Source: Malacoraja senta
Taxonomy: Eukaryota
Assembly: GCA_038087875.1 (NCBI GenBank)
Contig: CM075977.1
Coordinates: forward strand, 111,290,001-111,354,000
Direction of reading: 5' to 3'
Length of the DNA: 64,000 nt
Position 1 is the stretch's first letter. Every line of letters starts with the position of its first letter. Below the pieces are notes generated by a model. It did not search any database and had not been told where the DNA came from. It saw only the letters and a program-made list of their open reading frames with translations. The translations under genes were made by a program, and so were the position numbers. Positions 52,581 to 63,813 of this stretch are shown here, piece after piece.

Positions 52581-53951
52581 GAGAGAGAGCGGGCGGGGGC
52601 GGGAGGGGGCGGGCGGGGGCGGGCGGGGGCGGGCGGGGGCGTTGGGGTGAGGGAGACGGTTAGATTATGAAATGGGAGATAGTTGCCAGAGATGGTCCTA
52701 TGTATTTGGGAACAGGTGGAGATAGATGATAAAATTAATGAAATTGGCGAGTTCTGCTCGGATGCAAGAAAGAAAAGCTCCAATGCGTTCGTCGATGTAG
52801 CAGTGAGAGACGGGGAGTGTGGCAACGATGTCAATGTACGTCCCAGGTTTGCTGAGGATAATGGACTAGGTGAGACATTGAGATCGCCGCAGTAGTGACG
52901 AGGATTCAGCGGGATGTAGACAAGCTGAGAGACTTGTTGGGAAAAGATAGATAACATGGTATAATGTCAGGCTATCCACAGCGATGGACTGAATAAAAAC
53001 TAAGAATTTGTGAAAAGGTGAGAGATTAGGTCGTGAGGATTAACAAAGGGACCCGTGGGCGTTTCTGTACAAGACGTTAGAGGAGGGAAAGCGGTGACAA
53101 ACGCAATTAGTATTGTCAATTGCAAAAATCTCATGTATAGCCTAGTGAAATTGATACACTGCAGCTGGACACAAACAACTGGAGTATCTCCGCGGGTCCA
53201 TCAGCATTCTTGCGAAACGGAATTGATGATGTTTCAGGTCGAGACCTTTCTTCAGGCCGAAATTGAAGGGATATGGAAACGAGAGACACAGAAGGTACAA
53301 ATGACAATGCAGTACTGTGTTCATCTTTGTCAATTAATTAGTAGAGGATGACATTTATGCTGTGAAGTTTTAATTCCTATCACGGTGGTTACTACAGGAC
53401 GGTACGGTGGTGCAGCGTTGTTGCCTTATACAACGCTCACAGCGCCAGAGCCCCGAGTTCGAAGACTACGGGTGCAGTCTGTACGGAGTTTATACGTTTT
53501 CCCTGTGACCCCGTGTTTTTTTCCCAATATCGTTGGTTTCCTCCCACACTCCAGACATACAAATTGGTAGGTTAATTGGCTTGGTATAAAGTTAAAATTG
53601 TCTTCACACTGACGAAGGGTCATAGAAACATAGAAACATAGAAAATAGGTGCAGGAGCAGGTCATTCGGCCCTTCGAGCCTGCACCGCCATTCAATATGA
53701 TCATGGCTGATCATCCAACTCAGTATCTCGTACCTGGCTTCTCTACATACCCCCTGACCCCTTTAGCCACAAGGGCCACATCTAACTCCCTCTTAAACAT
53801 AGCCAAAGAACTGGCCTCAACTACTTTCTGTGGCAGAGAATTCCACAGATTCACCACTCACTGTGTGAAAAAAAATTCTCATCTCGGTCATAAAAGACTA
53901 CCCCCTTATCCTTAAACTGTGATCACTTGTTCTGGTCACGACCAGAAAGGC

Positions 53952-54466
53952 CACCTATCCATGTTCTACAGAGATGCTGCCTGACCCGCTGAGTTACTCC
54001 AGCACTCTGTGAAACGTCATCAATCCATGTTCTCCAGAGATGTTGCCTGACCCGCCGAGTTACTCCAGCACTCTGTGAAACGTCACCTATCTATGTTCTC
54101 CCAGAGATGCTGCCTGACCCACTGGGTTACTCCAGCACTCTGTGAAACGTCATCAATCCATGTTCTCAAGAGATGCTGCCTGACCCGCTGAGTTACTCCA
54201 GTACTCTGTGAAACGTCACCTATCCATGTTCTCCAGAGATGCTGCCTGACCCGCTGAGTTACTTCAGCACTCTGTGAAACGTCACCTATCCATGTTCTCC
54301 ACAGATGCTGCCTGACCCGCTGAGTTACTCCAGCACTCTGTGAAACGTCACCTATCCATGTTCTCCAGAGATGCTGCCTGACCTGCTGAGTTACTCCAGC
54401 ACTCTGGGAAACGTCACCTATCCATGTTCTCCAGAGATGTTGTTGGACCCGCTGAGTCACTCCAGT
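53952..54466. repeat. 66-bp minisatellite, about 8 copies, built from the abundant Penelope-type terminal motif
   Basis: Unit CACCTATCCATGTTCTCCAGAGATGCTGCCTGACCCGCTGAGTTACTCCAGCACTCTGTGAAACGT. The single-copy motif occurs at about 2385-2430 and elsewhere. Confidence 0.9.
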
Positions 54467-56274
54467 ATCTTTTTTCTGTTGCATCAATAGGCATCTTATA
54501 GTTATAGTCCTAGAGTGAAACAGTGTGGAAACAGGCCCTACAGCCCAACTTGCCCAAATCATTGTTGTGGTTTAGTGCTGCCTGAACATTGGGCAACAAA
54601 TGAAAAAAATCAACTGCTGCATTTCTTGCTCAGAAATAAACAAAAATATGAGGAAGCAGCAACTGAGCTGCCTCTTACGAAATGCCTGTCGAGTTGTCTT
54701 TCATTGCAGGGTGACAGGCTGCTCACATTGAAAGATGACAGCGGGCTATTCAATTTTTACATTTACTTCCTCACACAAACCGTAAAAATATCCATTGATT
54801 TGGCCTCCACAGCCTTCCGTGGCAATGAAGTCCACAGATTCTCCCACCCTATGATTAAATAAATTCCTCATCTCCTTCGGTGGGTTGGACGGCCTGTATT
54901 CATAATACGTCTCACTATAATTCTTGCTCAAATCGCCCTGGCCTTTGTCTTTTCGAAGAATAATGCGTCAGCGATCTCCCTGTAGATGCCGGGAGCCATG
55001 AACAGTGATATTCGGAACAGCATGAAGGGTCCACATGAATTCTGGGCTCAACAGTGCATCTAATGTCATGAAATACAACATCACCCTGCTCACTCTCTTA
55101 TCTCACTGCTAGTACCAAGAGGAAGATGCAGGGGCATGAGACCCGTGATCGGATGTTTAAAGAACAGCTTCTTAGATAATTTACTTTATTTTACTTTATT
55201 TTACTTTACTTTATTATTGTCACATTTATCGAGGTACAGTGAAAGCCTTTTATATTACGTGCTGTCCATCAAAGAACTTTACACGAATGCAATCAGGCTG
55301 TCCTCAACCATCACGTTGCTGAACCACATTCAGCACCCAGACCACAAGCCGACCTCCGGGTCGAAACACGAAGAACTTTGCACTGAGGTTCCATTACTGT
55401 GGCTTGCACTGCTATGGTTTGGTTTTGATGAATAACTGACAACTTACCTCAAACTTACAGTTTTGATCTTGCATTTAGTGGGCCTGCAGAGTTGCAGCAA
55501 CAATGTCATTGTTGTCATGGTGCATGTGACAGTTAAACACTCGTGAGATCTTGTTGATAGCAGAGGGCACCCAGGAATTGGGGAGGAGATTTCGGATGGG
55601 AATGACCATTGGACTCTACCGGCGGTCGGTGAGTGCCCGGGTCATTGTATGCGGAAAGACGCAGATCCCGCCCTTTGCTGCCCGATCAAACCCCGGCCTC
55701 CAGTTGCATTGTTCTATGGGGGACTGGAGATGTCAGCGAGTTTGCCGGAAATCTGGTTTAACGGGATTGGGACACAAATAAACAAAGATTTGAAATGGCC
55801 CTGGTGCTGGGAGACATATGATATTCAGGGATTCACCTTAAACTGGCTGCTTCCAAACAAACATTGCAAAATAATTTTCATATAATCCCAATGGATTGTT
55901 GGATTCTTTGCCCCCGACGTTCACTGCAGTGCTTCCCTATAGTCAAGGTAGGATTCCCTCGGAGGCCAAGTTTACTGCTGTGCTGCTCATTCCTGGAATG
56001 ACTTTGCCCTCTGCTCTGCCTCCTGCTTCCTATGAGTCATGAAGGTCAGTGTTGTTGTTTAGCGGTGTTTGAACCTTCTGCAGCAAATGATAAGAGCAAC
56101 TTCTGCATTTCAGGGTCTGGGGAAACAAAACCACGAGAGAGAAACAACCGAGCTGTTGGTGAAGAAGTGACTGTGGGGTTATCTTTGCAGAGTTCAGCTT
56201 CCGCTCACATTGGGGGTAGCAAATGGTGAAAAACTCTTTGATTCACTTCCTTATACAAACTGTACTCACCATTT

Positions 56275-57436
56275 GCTATCCCAAAGTCAGCATGGTTTTG
56301 CACGTGGGAGGTCGTGTCTCGCAAATAGGATTGAGGGTTTTGAAGACGTGACCAAAAATGTCGATGAGGGCAGAGCTGTAGATGTTGTATTTATGAATTT
56401 CAGTAAGGTATTTGACAAGGTTCCGCGTTGTCGGCTGCTCTGGAAGGTTAGATCGCATGGGATCCAAGGAGAGATAGCTGAATTGATATTAAGTTGGCTC
56501 CATGGAAGGAAGAAGAGTGTGAAGGTGGAAGGTTGCTTCTCGGACTGGAGGCCTGTGACTAGTGGTGGGCCTCGCTGTTCGGTGTTGGACCCGTTACCGT
56601 TTGTCATCTACATCAATGATTTGGGTGAGAACATGCAGGGCAAAATTAGCAAGTTTGCTGATGATACAAAAGGGGATGGTATTGCAGATAGTGAAGATGG
56701 TTGTGAAAGATTGCAGCAGGTTCTGGAACGATTGTCCAGGTGGCCAGAGGAATGACTGATGGAATTTAATACGGTGAAGTGTGAGGCATTTTGGGATGTC
56801 TAACAAAGGCAGGACCTACACAGTGAATGCTAGGCCTCTGTGTAGTGTTGCTTTTGGCAACTTCATCAATCAGAGTATAGACGTTGAGAGGTCATGTTGC
56901 AGTTGCATAAGACGTTGGTGAGACCGCATTTAGAACATTGTGTTCAAGTTCTAGGTTCCATGGTATAGGAAATATATTGTCACGCTTGAAATGGATCAGA
57001 GAAGATGTACGAGGATGAGGGGTTGAGCTGTAGGGAGAGATTGAGTAGGCTGGGCTCTATTCCTTCGCGCAAAGGAGAGGAATAGATCGGATAATTACAC
57101 CGAGTCTCTTGCCCAGAGTAGGGAAATTGAGGATCAGATGACATAGGATCAAAGTGAAGGAGAAAAGATTAAGTAGGAATCTGAGGGGTGGCTTTTTCAC
57201 ATAAAAGGTGGTGGGTGTTTGGAAAAAGCTGCTAGATAAGGTAGTTGACGCTGAGACTATCCCATCGTTTAAAGAAACAGATAGACAGGTACATAGATAG
57301 GACAGCTTTGGAGGGATATGGGTCAACCGCAGGAAGCTAGGCACATGTAGATGGGACATGTTAGCCGGTGTGGGCAAGTTGGGCCGAAGGGCCAGTTTCC
57401 ACACTGTACCACTCTATGACTCTATGACTCTATGAC
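56275..57436 (+). mobile_element. 5'-truncated, degenerate CR1
   Basis: SQHGFARGRSCL, VFMNFSKVFDKVP, KISKFADD. (CTATGACT)n tail. Confidence 0.88.
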
Positions 57437-57461
57437 TTTATGATTATCTCTCAACTTTTTG

Positions 57462-57470
57462 CAGGAAGTG
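57462..57470 (+). promoter_or_regulatory. Candidate ETS/PU.1-type site about 90 bp upstream of the copy D ATG
   Basis: CAGGAAGTG. The equivalent position in copy A reads CCGGAAATG (24286-24294, minus strand). Motif match only. Confidence 0.3.
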
Positions 57471-57555
57471 AAGAAACACTTCGAGCCTGTTCCGCATTCC
57501 GCGTCAAGAAGCTCACAGCAGTGGGTGAGGTGGACTCCACACTGAAGTGTTGGCG

Positions 57556-57616
57556 ATGTGCTCACTCCGGGTTTGTCTCTGCACCGTCCTGCTCTCCGTC
57601 TCAGTCCACGGTTACA
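57556..57616 (+). CDS. Copy D exon 1: signal peptide
   Basis: MCSLRVCLCTVLLSVSVHGY + A|GTAGGT. Confidence 0.87.
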
Positions 57617-60600
57617 GTAGGTGTTTTAGTTGACCTTGTTATCCCCTCCTTGTCTCGTCATATCTCCCCGTGTACCGGTTCGCACTCTGTCCGCGCTCCA
57701 GCAGTTTGTACTTTGGCTGAGGTCTATCAGTGGATGAGGTGGGGATTGAGGTGATATTGTCCATACCTAAGTGTCCTCCAGAAGGTGGTGGTGAGGCGCC
57801 TTCGTGACCCACCGAACCCCTGCTGAAGGTTATCTGTCGACGGCTAAGATGGAGGAAATGCGTATGGAGACCGCCATTCATAAAATAGAGTGAGACTCTC
57901 GATCAGCAAGAGGGGATAAGGTGACAGAGAGGAGGCGGGAATGTGGAGGGAGAATTAACAGCAGAGCAGCCGTGATGTTATTTTCTAGTGGTGCGAGCTG
58001 AAGGGGCCGACTGGTTTCCAGCTCCTAACACTGAAGTCGGGAGGAGATCTAATGGAGGGATTTAACATTGCGTACAGGGAGGTTGTTCCCATTGGTGGAC
58101 AGAGAAGAGATGACGATACAGCATGGAGGTGATTGGCCAAGGAACCAAGTGTGTTTCTGGGGGACACGAGTCCTCGCAAAGAGCGGTTCCACTGGGACGC
58201 GGCGCTGACGGCGATAGAGGGGGGGGCGGGGGAGGAGACCGGCAAATTTAACCGACGGTATGTGAAAGTAAGGAAGTTGCAGGGCAGTGTGTTGAGAATA
58301 TGGAGATCCGACTGCTGGATTTATGTTGCATGGAGTTAGCGTAGAACCGATGGAACGAATGGTCGTCTCCACCGTAAATCTTTTATGTGACAGTGAGAGA
58401 ATCCCAAGAATCCATCTCCGTCCAAACATTTCCCAGAATGTAAATAAATCAGCAACATTATAAAAACCAACTGACCGGCGGAACAGACGTGATTACACAC
58501 CCATGAACAGTTGATTATATCCCAGCCTGTAAGCCACTCCCCGTATTGATGTATCTGTCCCACAGCTTGTGACAACCACCCGGGGACAGTGTGGATTTAG
58601 AACACCNNNNNNNNNNNNNNNNNNNNNNNNNNNNNNNNNNNNNNNNNNNNNNNNNNNNNNNNNNNNNNNNNNNNNNNNNNNNNNNNNNNNNNNNNNNNNN
58701 NNNNNNNNNNNNNNNNNNNNNNNNNNNNNNNNNNNNNNNNNNNNNNNNNNNNNNNNNNNNNNNNNNNNNNNNNNNNNNNNNNNNNNNNNNNNNNNNNNNN
58801 NNNNNNNNNNNNNNNNNNNNNNNNNNNNNNNNNNNNNNNNNNNNNCTCCAGACGTTTCGCACAATAATTGGACAGTATCCGGTGCGGATGAGGTGTCTGC
58901 CGTGGAAGGGGCCTCCGCTGTGTTGCCGTGTACATTCACCCACCCACCCACTGATCGTAATCTCACCGGCTACTTGCTGTGGCACAAGGAGTCATCAACA
59001 CTTCCCAGCTTTGAGTTTCGTTGCACATATGCCGGTCCCGGTCGCCCCCGATGCGATGAAGTGACACAGGAGGCCGGAGGAAGTCGGTTCAAACTCGTGG
59101 GGAACCTCAGAGAGGGAGATGCCTCGATAATGGTGGAGCCACTGAGACGGGAGGACAATGGTCACTATCGGTGCCGCCTGGGTCTCAGTGTTGGGAGATT
59201 TCAATCTCTGATTCCAACGCAGCTGTCTGTGGAAGGTGAGAACAATGTTCGGAGACTGTGGCTGCCCCAGAGCTCACGGATCGCGGGTTCCCCCGGTACA
59301 ATGCTGATCAATACATGTTGATGGTTCAATTCAATAATATTGTATTCTCACACGTACCTAGGTACAGTGAAATACTTTGTTATGCAGACAACCCTGAAAA
59401 GTCATGTAGCAGACCTTACCTTGGCAGTACACAAGTGCCGCCACATTTTCGCGCCGACAGCTGCAGAGATTCACCGCAGTTCTCTCTACTGCCTGCCGCC
59501 GCTCGTGGCATCGCCCCCACCTCCCCCTCACTGTCATTCTCGGCTGCCCTCCTCGCCACCCGACGGCCCACCTTCCTCTCGGCGGTTGCTCCCGTGTCCC
59601 TCATCGTTCTTGTGGCGCGGGTTCTGTCGTTAGATCCGCGGAAGGCGAGCCGGTCCTAAAGCAGGGCCAAGCCGGAGAACACTCGCAGCCGAACTGCTGG
59701 GCGAGAATAATCGCCACGTGGGGTCGGGTGGGGGGGGGGGGAGGGATGTGGCTGAAGGGCGGGGGTTCATGCTCCTGATTCCTATCCAATTAATCCGTCT
59801 GGACAGTGAGCTCCTGGAGTGGACGAGACGCAGGCCCTGATGTGATGATATCCACAGTCAAATACAGGTAGATTGTGTAAACCGAGAAATAGGAAGATGG
59901 CGATCACCCTGTTGGAATTGTTCTCCAACTATCAATTGGAACCGAGGGGCCCAGTATTAAAGAAGGTGTCGGTCCCCAATCCCCTGTGGGCGGGTCTCCC
60001 TCTAGGTGTGGAGTTCACCGGTTCACACATTGAATATTCCCCGTGGAGAACAGTTTTGGGATCTGGGGAGGCGCGGGTTCGCTGTCGCTCACTCTCTCGC
60101 TCTCAGGGCAGCGCCGAGGGAGAGCCGCGCTGTCAGAGGCGACCAGTGACCACTGATCCGGAGCCATCCTTGAATACGTCCTGTCCCCTGCGCCCTCTGA
60201 CCCACCTTCCCTGAGACCGTCACTGTTAGCTCCACACTGGGCAACGCCTCCACCTACTCCCACAGGGAGAGGTCGGTACAAGACGATTCACCCAAAGAAC
60301 GTTGATACATTCCGGTGTCTATCCTTCCCTCAGCTCCCGTAGGGAATGTCTCAGTGGTGACTGGGACTGAGGGGGCTTCGGCCACGTTACCATGCGTGTA
60401 TCGGCAATCCCAGTATCACCGCAGAGCCCTCACGGTCACATGGATGAGGAAGGATCCCTATCGACAAATCGTCGCGTTCATACCTCAAACTGATGGATCC
60501 TGGGCGGCGGGGAACGGAGCAACTCGGTTAGAGCTGGTCGGGGACCCAGATCTGGGAAACGCCTCAACCAGGATAAAGCAGCTGAGTGTGGAGGACAGTG

Positions 60601-62904
60601 ACGGCTACCTGTGTCTGGTGGAGATCAGCAAACCGGAAAACTACGATGCGACAAAGGACGTCGAAGAACGGTTCAAGGAAAGCGTTCACCCCCCGTACAC
60701 ACATCAGTACCAGCGTGAGGTCCAGCTGCGTGTCACACCCGGTAAGGAACCATCGCCACATCCTGCCGTGTAGAGCGAAGGTGCAGAGGGAGGGAGGAGA
60801 GCAGGAACAGGAAACCCTGTCTCTCAGGACTCAGTGGGCGCAGCCTCGCATCTGGAGGGTCAGATACAACTCCAGAGATAAGCAACCACAGTTGATCATT
60901 GTATTGGAGTCCTTTAGCGAGGTGAGGAGTTGAATGCCTAAGAGGGAGCAAGGTGCTGTGGTACGTTTGGATTCTCAGAAGGATCTAGGTTGGGTCCCCG
61001 CCAGGAGTTTGGGGAACCAGATGCGAAAAGGCGGCATTAAGTCAACGCACTGTCGGGGATTGAAAAGCATTTATCGAGCAGAATGTAGAATGAAATATGT
61101 GGAGATTGGTTCTTGGTCTCAGCTATTCACAGTCTGCATCAGTGAGTTGATTGAAGTGGACAATTGTCAGGTCTGATGATGATGGTAGGGCCGTGGGACT
61201 GTGGGAGGGCAGGAGGACGCGGAGATTCGGAGGAGGTGGACAAGCTGATCGATTGGATGGGAGCATAATGTGGAATAAAATGTGGCAAATTATCCACACG
61301 GGTGAATAAACATAAAACCAGTGTTTATTAAATGGTGAGAGATCGAGTGCTGTGGATGTTCAAAAGGAACCGAGTGTGCTTGTTCTCATGCCAATGAAGG
61401 TTGATGTACTGATGTGGAAGAGTCGAGAAAGGCAATAGTTGGTCAGGTTTTATCAAGAGAGGATTTATATTCAAGGGTTGAGATATTTTATCGCAGTTAT
61501 ATCAGGATCTAGCGAGATCTCACCTGCTGTACTGGGTCGGACTTTGCTCTTCTTAACTACAATAAAGCCACGATTAGTGTGGAGGGAGTGCAGTGAAGAT
61601 TCCGTCACTGTTTCCCGGAAGGGCAGGTTGATTGAAGATCAGGGGAGATTGAGTAGACCGGAGACCCCGGTGAATGCAGGTACATGAAACTTGAGCATAA
61701 AAAAAAGCTATTGGAGGAACTGGATAGGCCAGGTAGCATATCTGGAAGGAAATTGGCGAATGACAATTCATATCGAGACCTTGCCTCAAAACTGGAAGGA
61801 TTCCCGGACTAAACGACGTCTTTGGATTTCCTTCTACAGTTGCCTGACTTCCTGAGCGCTGTCAGCAGGCTGATATTTGCTCGAGCAGATTAGACCTGTA
61901 TTCTCCAGAGTGTAAAGGTGATCTTAGTGAAGCATATACCATTTGTACATTGTCGATCGCTCCCCTTCCCAGTGACCATTCTGACCTCTCTCACTCTCTC
62001 CTCAGTCACACAGAGTTATATGGTTCTGATCCTGTGGACCCCTCTAGGATTGAAAACCGTTTTCCTTTCAGTGATGTGTGTTATCTTCTACCGTGACAAA
62101 CTCAGGTATGCAATATTGATTTTCTATGCCTGGAATATAAACTCAATGGCCTTTGGGGTGTGATTGAAAAATGTGAGGCTTCCTAGGCCGCGCCAACCAT
62201 CGATCATCCATGCACTAGTTCTATCCATGCGGTCACAGGGAGCACGTGGGAAATGCGCACAGACAGCACCCGTGATCAGGATCGAACCCGGCACTGCGCT
62301 ACAAGGCAGCATCTCTACAACTGCGTCACCGTGGTACCCCTGTCGCGTTGGCAATACATGGTTCAGGTGCATCATGTACCTACAGATGGAAGAACAGTTT
62401 CTTACCCGCTCAGACGCTTTGAGAAACCCCTCAAAAGATAAGAATGTATTCCCGATCCTCCAGTCTACCTTGATAGGGCCCTTGCCCTCTGCCCTTTCTC
62501 TGTAAGACTATATTCTGCACGGCTTGGGTCTATGGAATAATTTATCTGGATGACACGCGAAACAAAGTTTTTTTCCTCGTATCTGTGTCAAGGTGACGAT
62601 AATAAACCAATACCATACCTTGCTGCAGGTCAGACAATCTTCCTCACTGTCAACACAACGACCAATATACGTGTCCCCTGTTAAGTTAATCACCTGTTTC
62701 GCATATTGATGTCCACGTCAAATTTAGTTGTCAAACGCTGACCTTGACAATAACGTCTCCCCCCTGGAGAATTCCGTTCAAATCTCCGTCCTAATCACTT
62801 TAAGTGACGGCTTTGAATGGATGTGCCAGAAATGGTCTTGTGGTACAATTACCGTGGCTTGTTTTAATTGGTCTTGTTGTGTCCGCAGCCAGCGTGGAGA
62901 CTGA
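57556..62904 (+). CDS. SIGLEC15-like: Copy D: apparently intact Siglec-15-like receptor gene; join(57556-57616, 58852-59235, 60334-60741, 62006-62105, probably 62889-62904), about 322 aa
   Basis: All four core exons are open, GT-AG flanked and phase-compatible (1,1,1,2). Signal peptide, V-set with YRCR, second V-set, and TM with LGLK. Confidence 0.8.
58607..58845. other. Assembly gap (239 N) covering the end of intron 1 of copy D
   Basis: The paralogs carry a (TC)n polypyrimidine microsatellite here. The acceptor CTCCAG is still visible. Confidence 0.97.
58852..59235 (+). CDS. Copy D exon 2: Siglec-15-like V-set domain, essential Arg present (CGC 59175-59177)
   Basis: WTVSGADEVSAVEGASAVLPCTFTHP...W...FRCTYAGPGRPRC...RFKLVGNLREGDASIMVEPLRREDNGHYRCRLGL. 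Confidence 0.9.
60334..60741 (+). CDS. Copy D exon 3: second V-set domain with a long F-G insert
   Basis: LPCVY...TW...RLELVGDPDLGNAS.RIKQLSVEDSDGYLCLVEI plus about 25 extra residues before QLRVTP. AG/GT intact. Confidence 0.9.
62006..62105 (+). CDS. Copy D exon 4: transmembrane with central Lys
   Basis: (V)TQSYMVLILWTPLGLKTVFLSVMCVIFYRDKL. CTCCTCAG| and |GTATGC. Confidence 0.87.
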
Positions 62905-63073
62905 TCCATCCGAGGAAGCTGAGCAGACCAGTGTTCCGACTGCAATGGAACCTGCCTCGCAATGAAGTCCGCCGTTCCCACCTGCTTTTGCGGTCTGGCT
63001 GATTTTGTCGACCTTTGGTTGTCAATCATATTAATTCTCCGACTCGCTTTTAATCTTTGTGTAATATAATAAA
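62889..63073 (+). CDS. Copy D candidate terminal exon: S-Q-R-G-D-stop (62889-62904), 3' UTR, AATAAA at 63068-63073
   Basis: Acceptor TCTTGTTGTGTCCGCAG|, phase match to the TM exon, and a poly(A) signal conserved in A, B and D. Confidence 0.45.
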
Positions 63074-63578
63074 ATGCAGTACTAGTTCAAAAAAAAGGTT
63101 TTGTACTCCGAGAGGGTTTGATATCTGGAATATGCTAGTAAACAAAGTGGTGAAAATGAGATACACCAAAATGTACGATAGACGTTTGGACGCATGAACA
63201 GGCTCTTAATTAGGAAATAGTTGGAAGGATAGACAAAGTGCTGCAAATTCTCAGCTCCTTGGAATGGGACCGGGCACGAAGTGTCACGTTTCCATGTCCT
63301 ACAGATTTGCTGCCTGATCCGCTGAGTTACGCAAGTACATCGTGTCTATCTTTGGTATACACCGGCATCAGCAGTTCCCTCTTATTACAAGTTGGAAGGA
63401 TATGGATCTAATTGGGACCAACTGGAATAATGTACATAGTTAAAGATGTTCATATCGACATTATTGTCCGAAGGGCCAATTTCCTCACTGTACAATCCTC
63501 TGACACGTTGACTCCAGAAGCATGTCCAAACCTCCCTGCTGTGGCAACCACTGGATCCTGACCAACTTATTTCTAGTC

Positions 63579-63813
63579 TGTTCAAGAAGGAACTGCAGAT
63601 GCTGGAAAATCGAAGGTAGAAAACATTGCTGGAGAAACTCAGCAGGTACGGCAGCATCTATGGAGCGAAGGAAATAGGCAACGGTTCGGGCCGAAACCCT
63701 TCTTCAGACTGATCTTCTTCAGTCTGAAGAAGGGTTTCGGCCCGAAACGTTGCCTATTTCCTTCGCTCCATAGATGCTGCCGTACCCGCTGAGTTTCTCC
63801 AGCAATTTTGTCT
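63579..63813. mobile_element. 235-bp Penelope-type hairpin insertion with 15-bp TSD, specific to copy D
   Basis: TSD AACTTATTTCTAGTC at 63564-63578 and 63814-63828. Inverted arms of about 90 bp around a 6-nt loop (63713-63718). Empty sites are seen in A (about 12390) and B (about 34310). Confidence 0.85.

Noticed and set aside
47832-52957. Long ORFs spanning N runs
   Set aside because: Artefacts of translating through assembly gaps.
54083-54562. 159-aa repetitive ORF (RVRQHLWRTWIGDVSQSAGVTQ)n
   Set aside because: Translation of the 66-bp minisatellite.
61107-61125. 19-nt mini-exon candidate (TCTCAG|...|GTGAGT) between V2 and TM
   Set aside because: It would shift the TM exon out of frame.
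61440-61560. Conserved block in the V2-TM intron shared by all copies
   Set aside because: Resembles an ancient CR1 3' remnant inherited with the duplication, not an exon.
62380-62625. Apparent acceptors giving LYSARLGSME* or GDDNKPIPYLAA as cytoplasmic exons
   Set aside because: The sequence matches the decayed Rex1-type 3' UTR and tail seen elsewhere in the window, and the second option is phase-incompatible with the TM exon.
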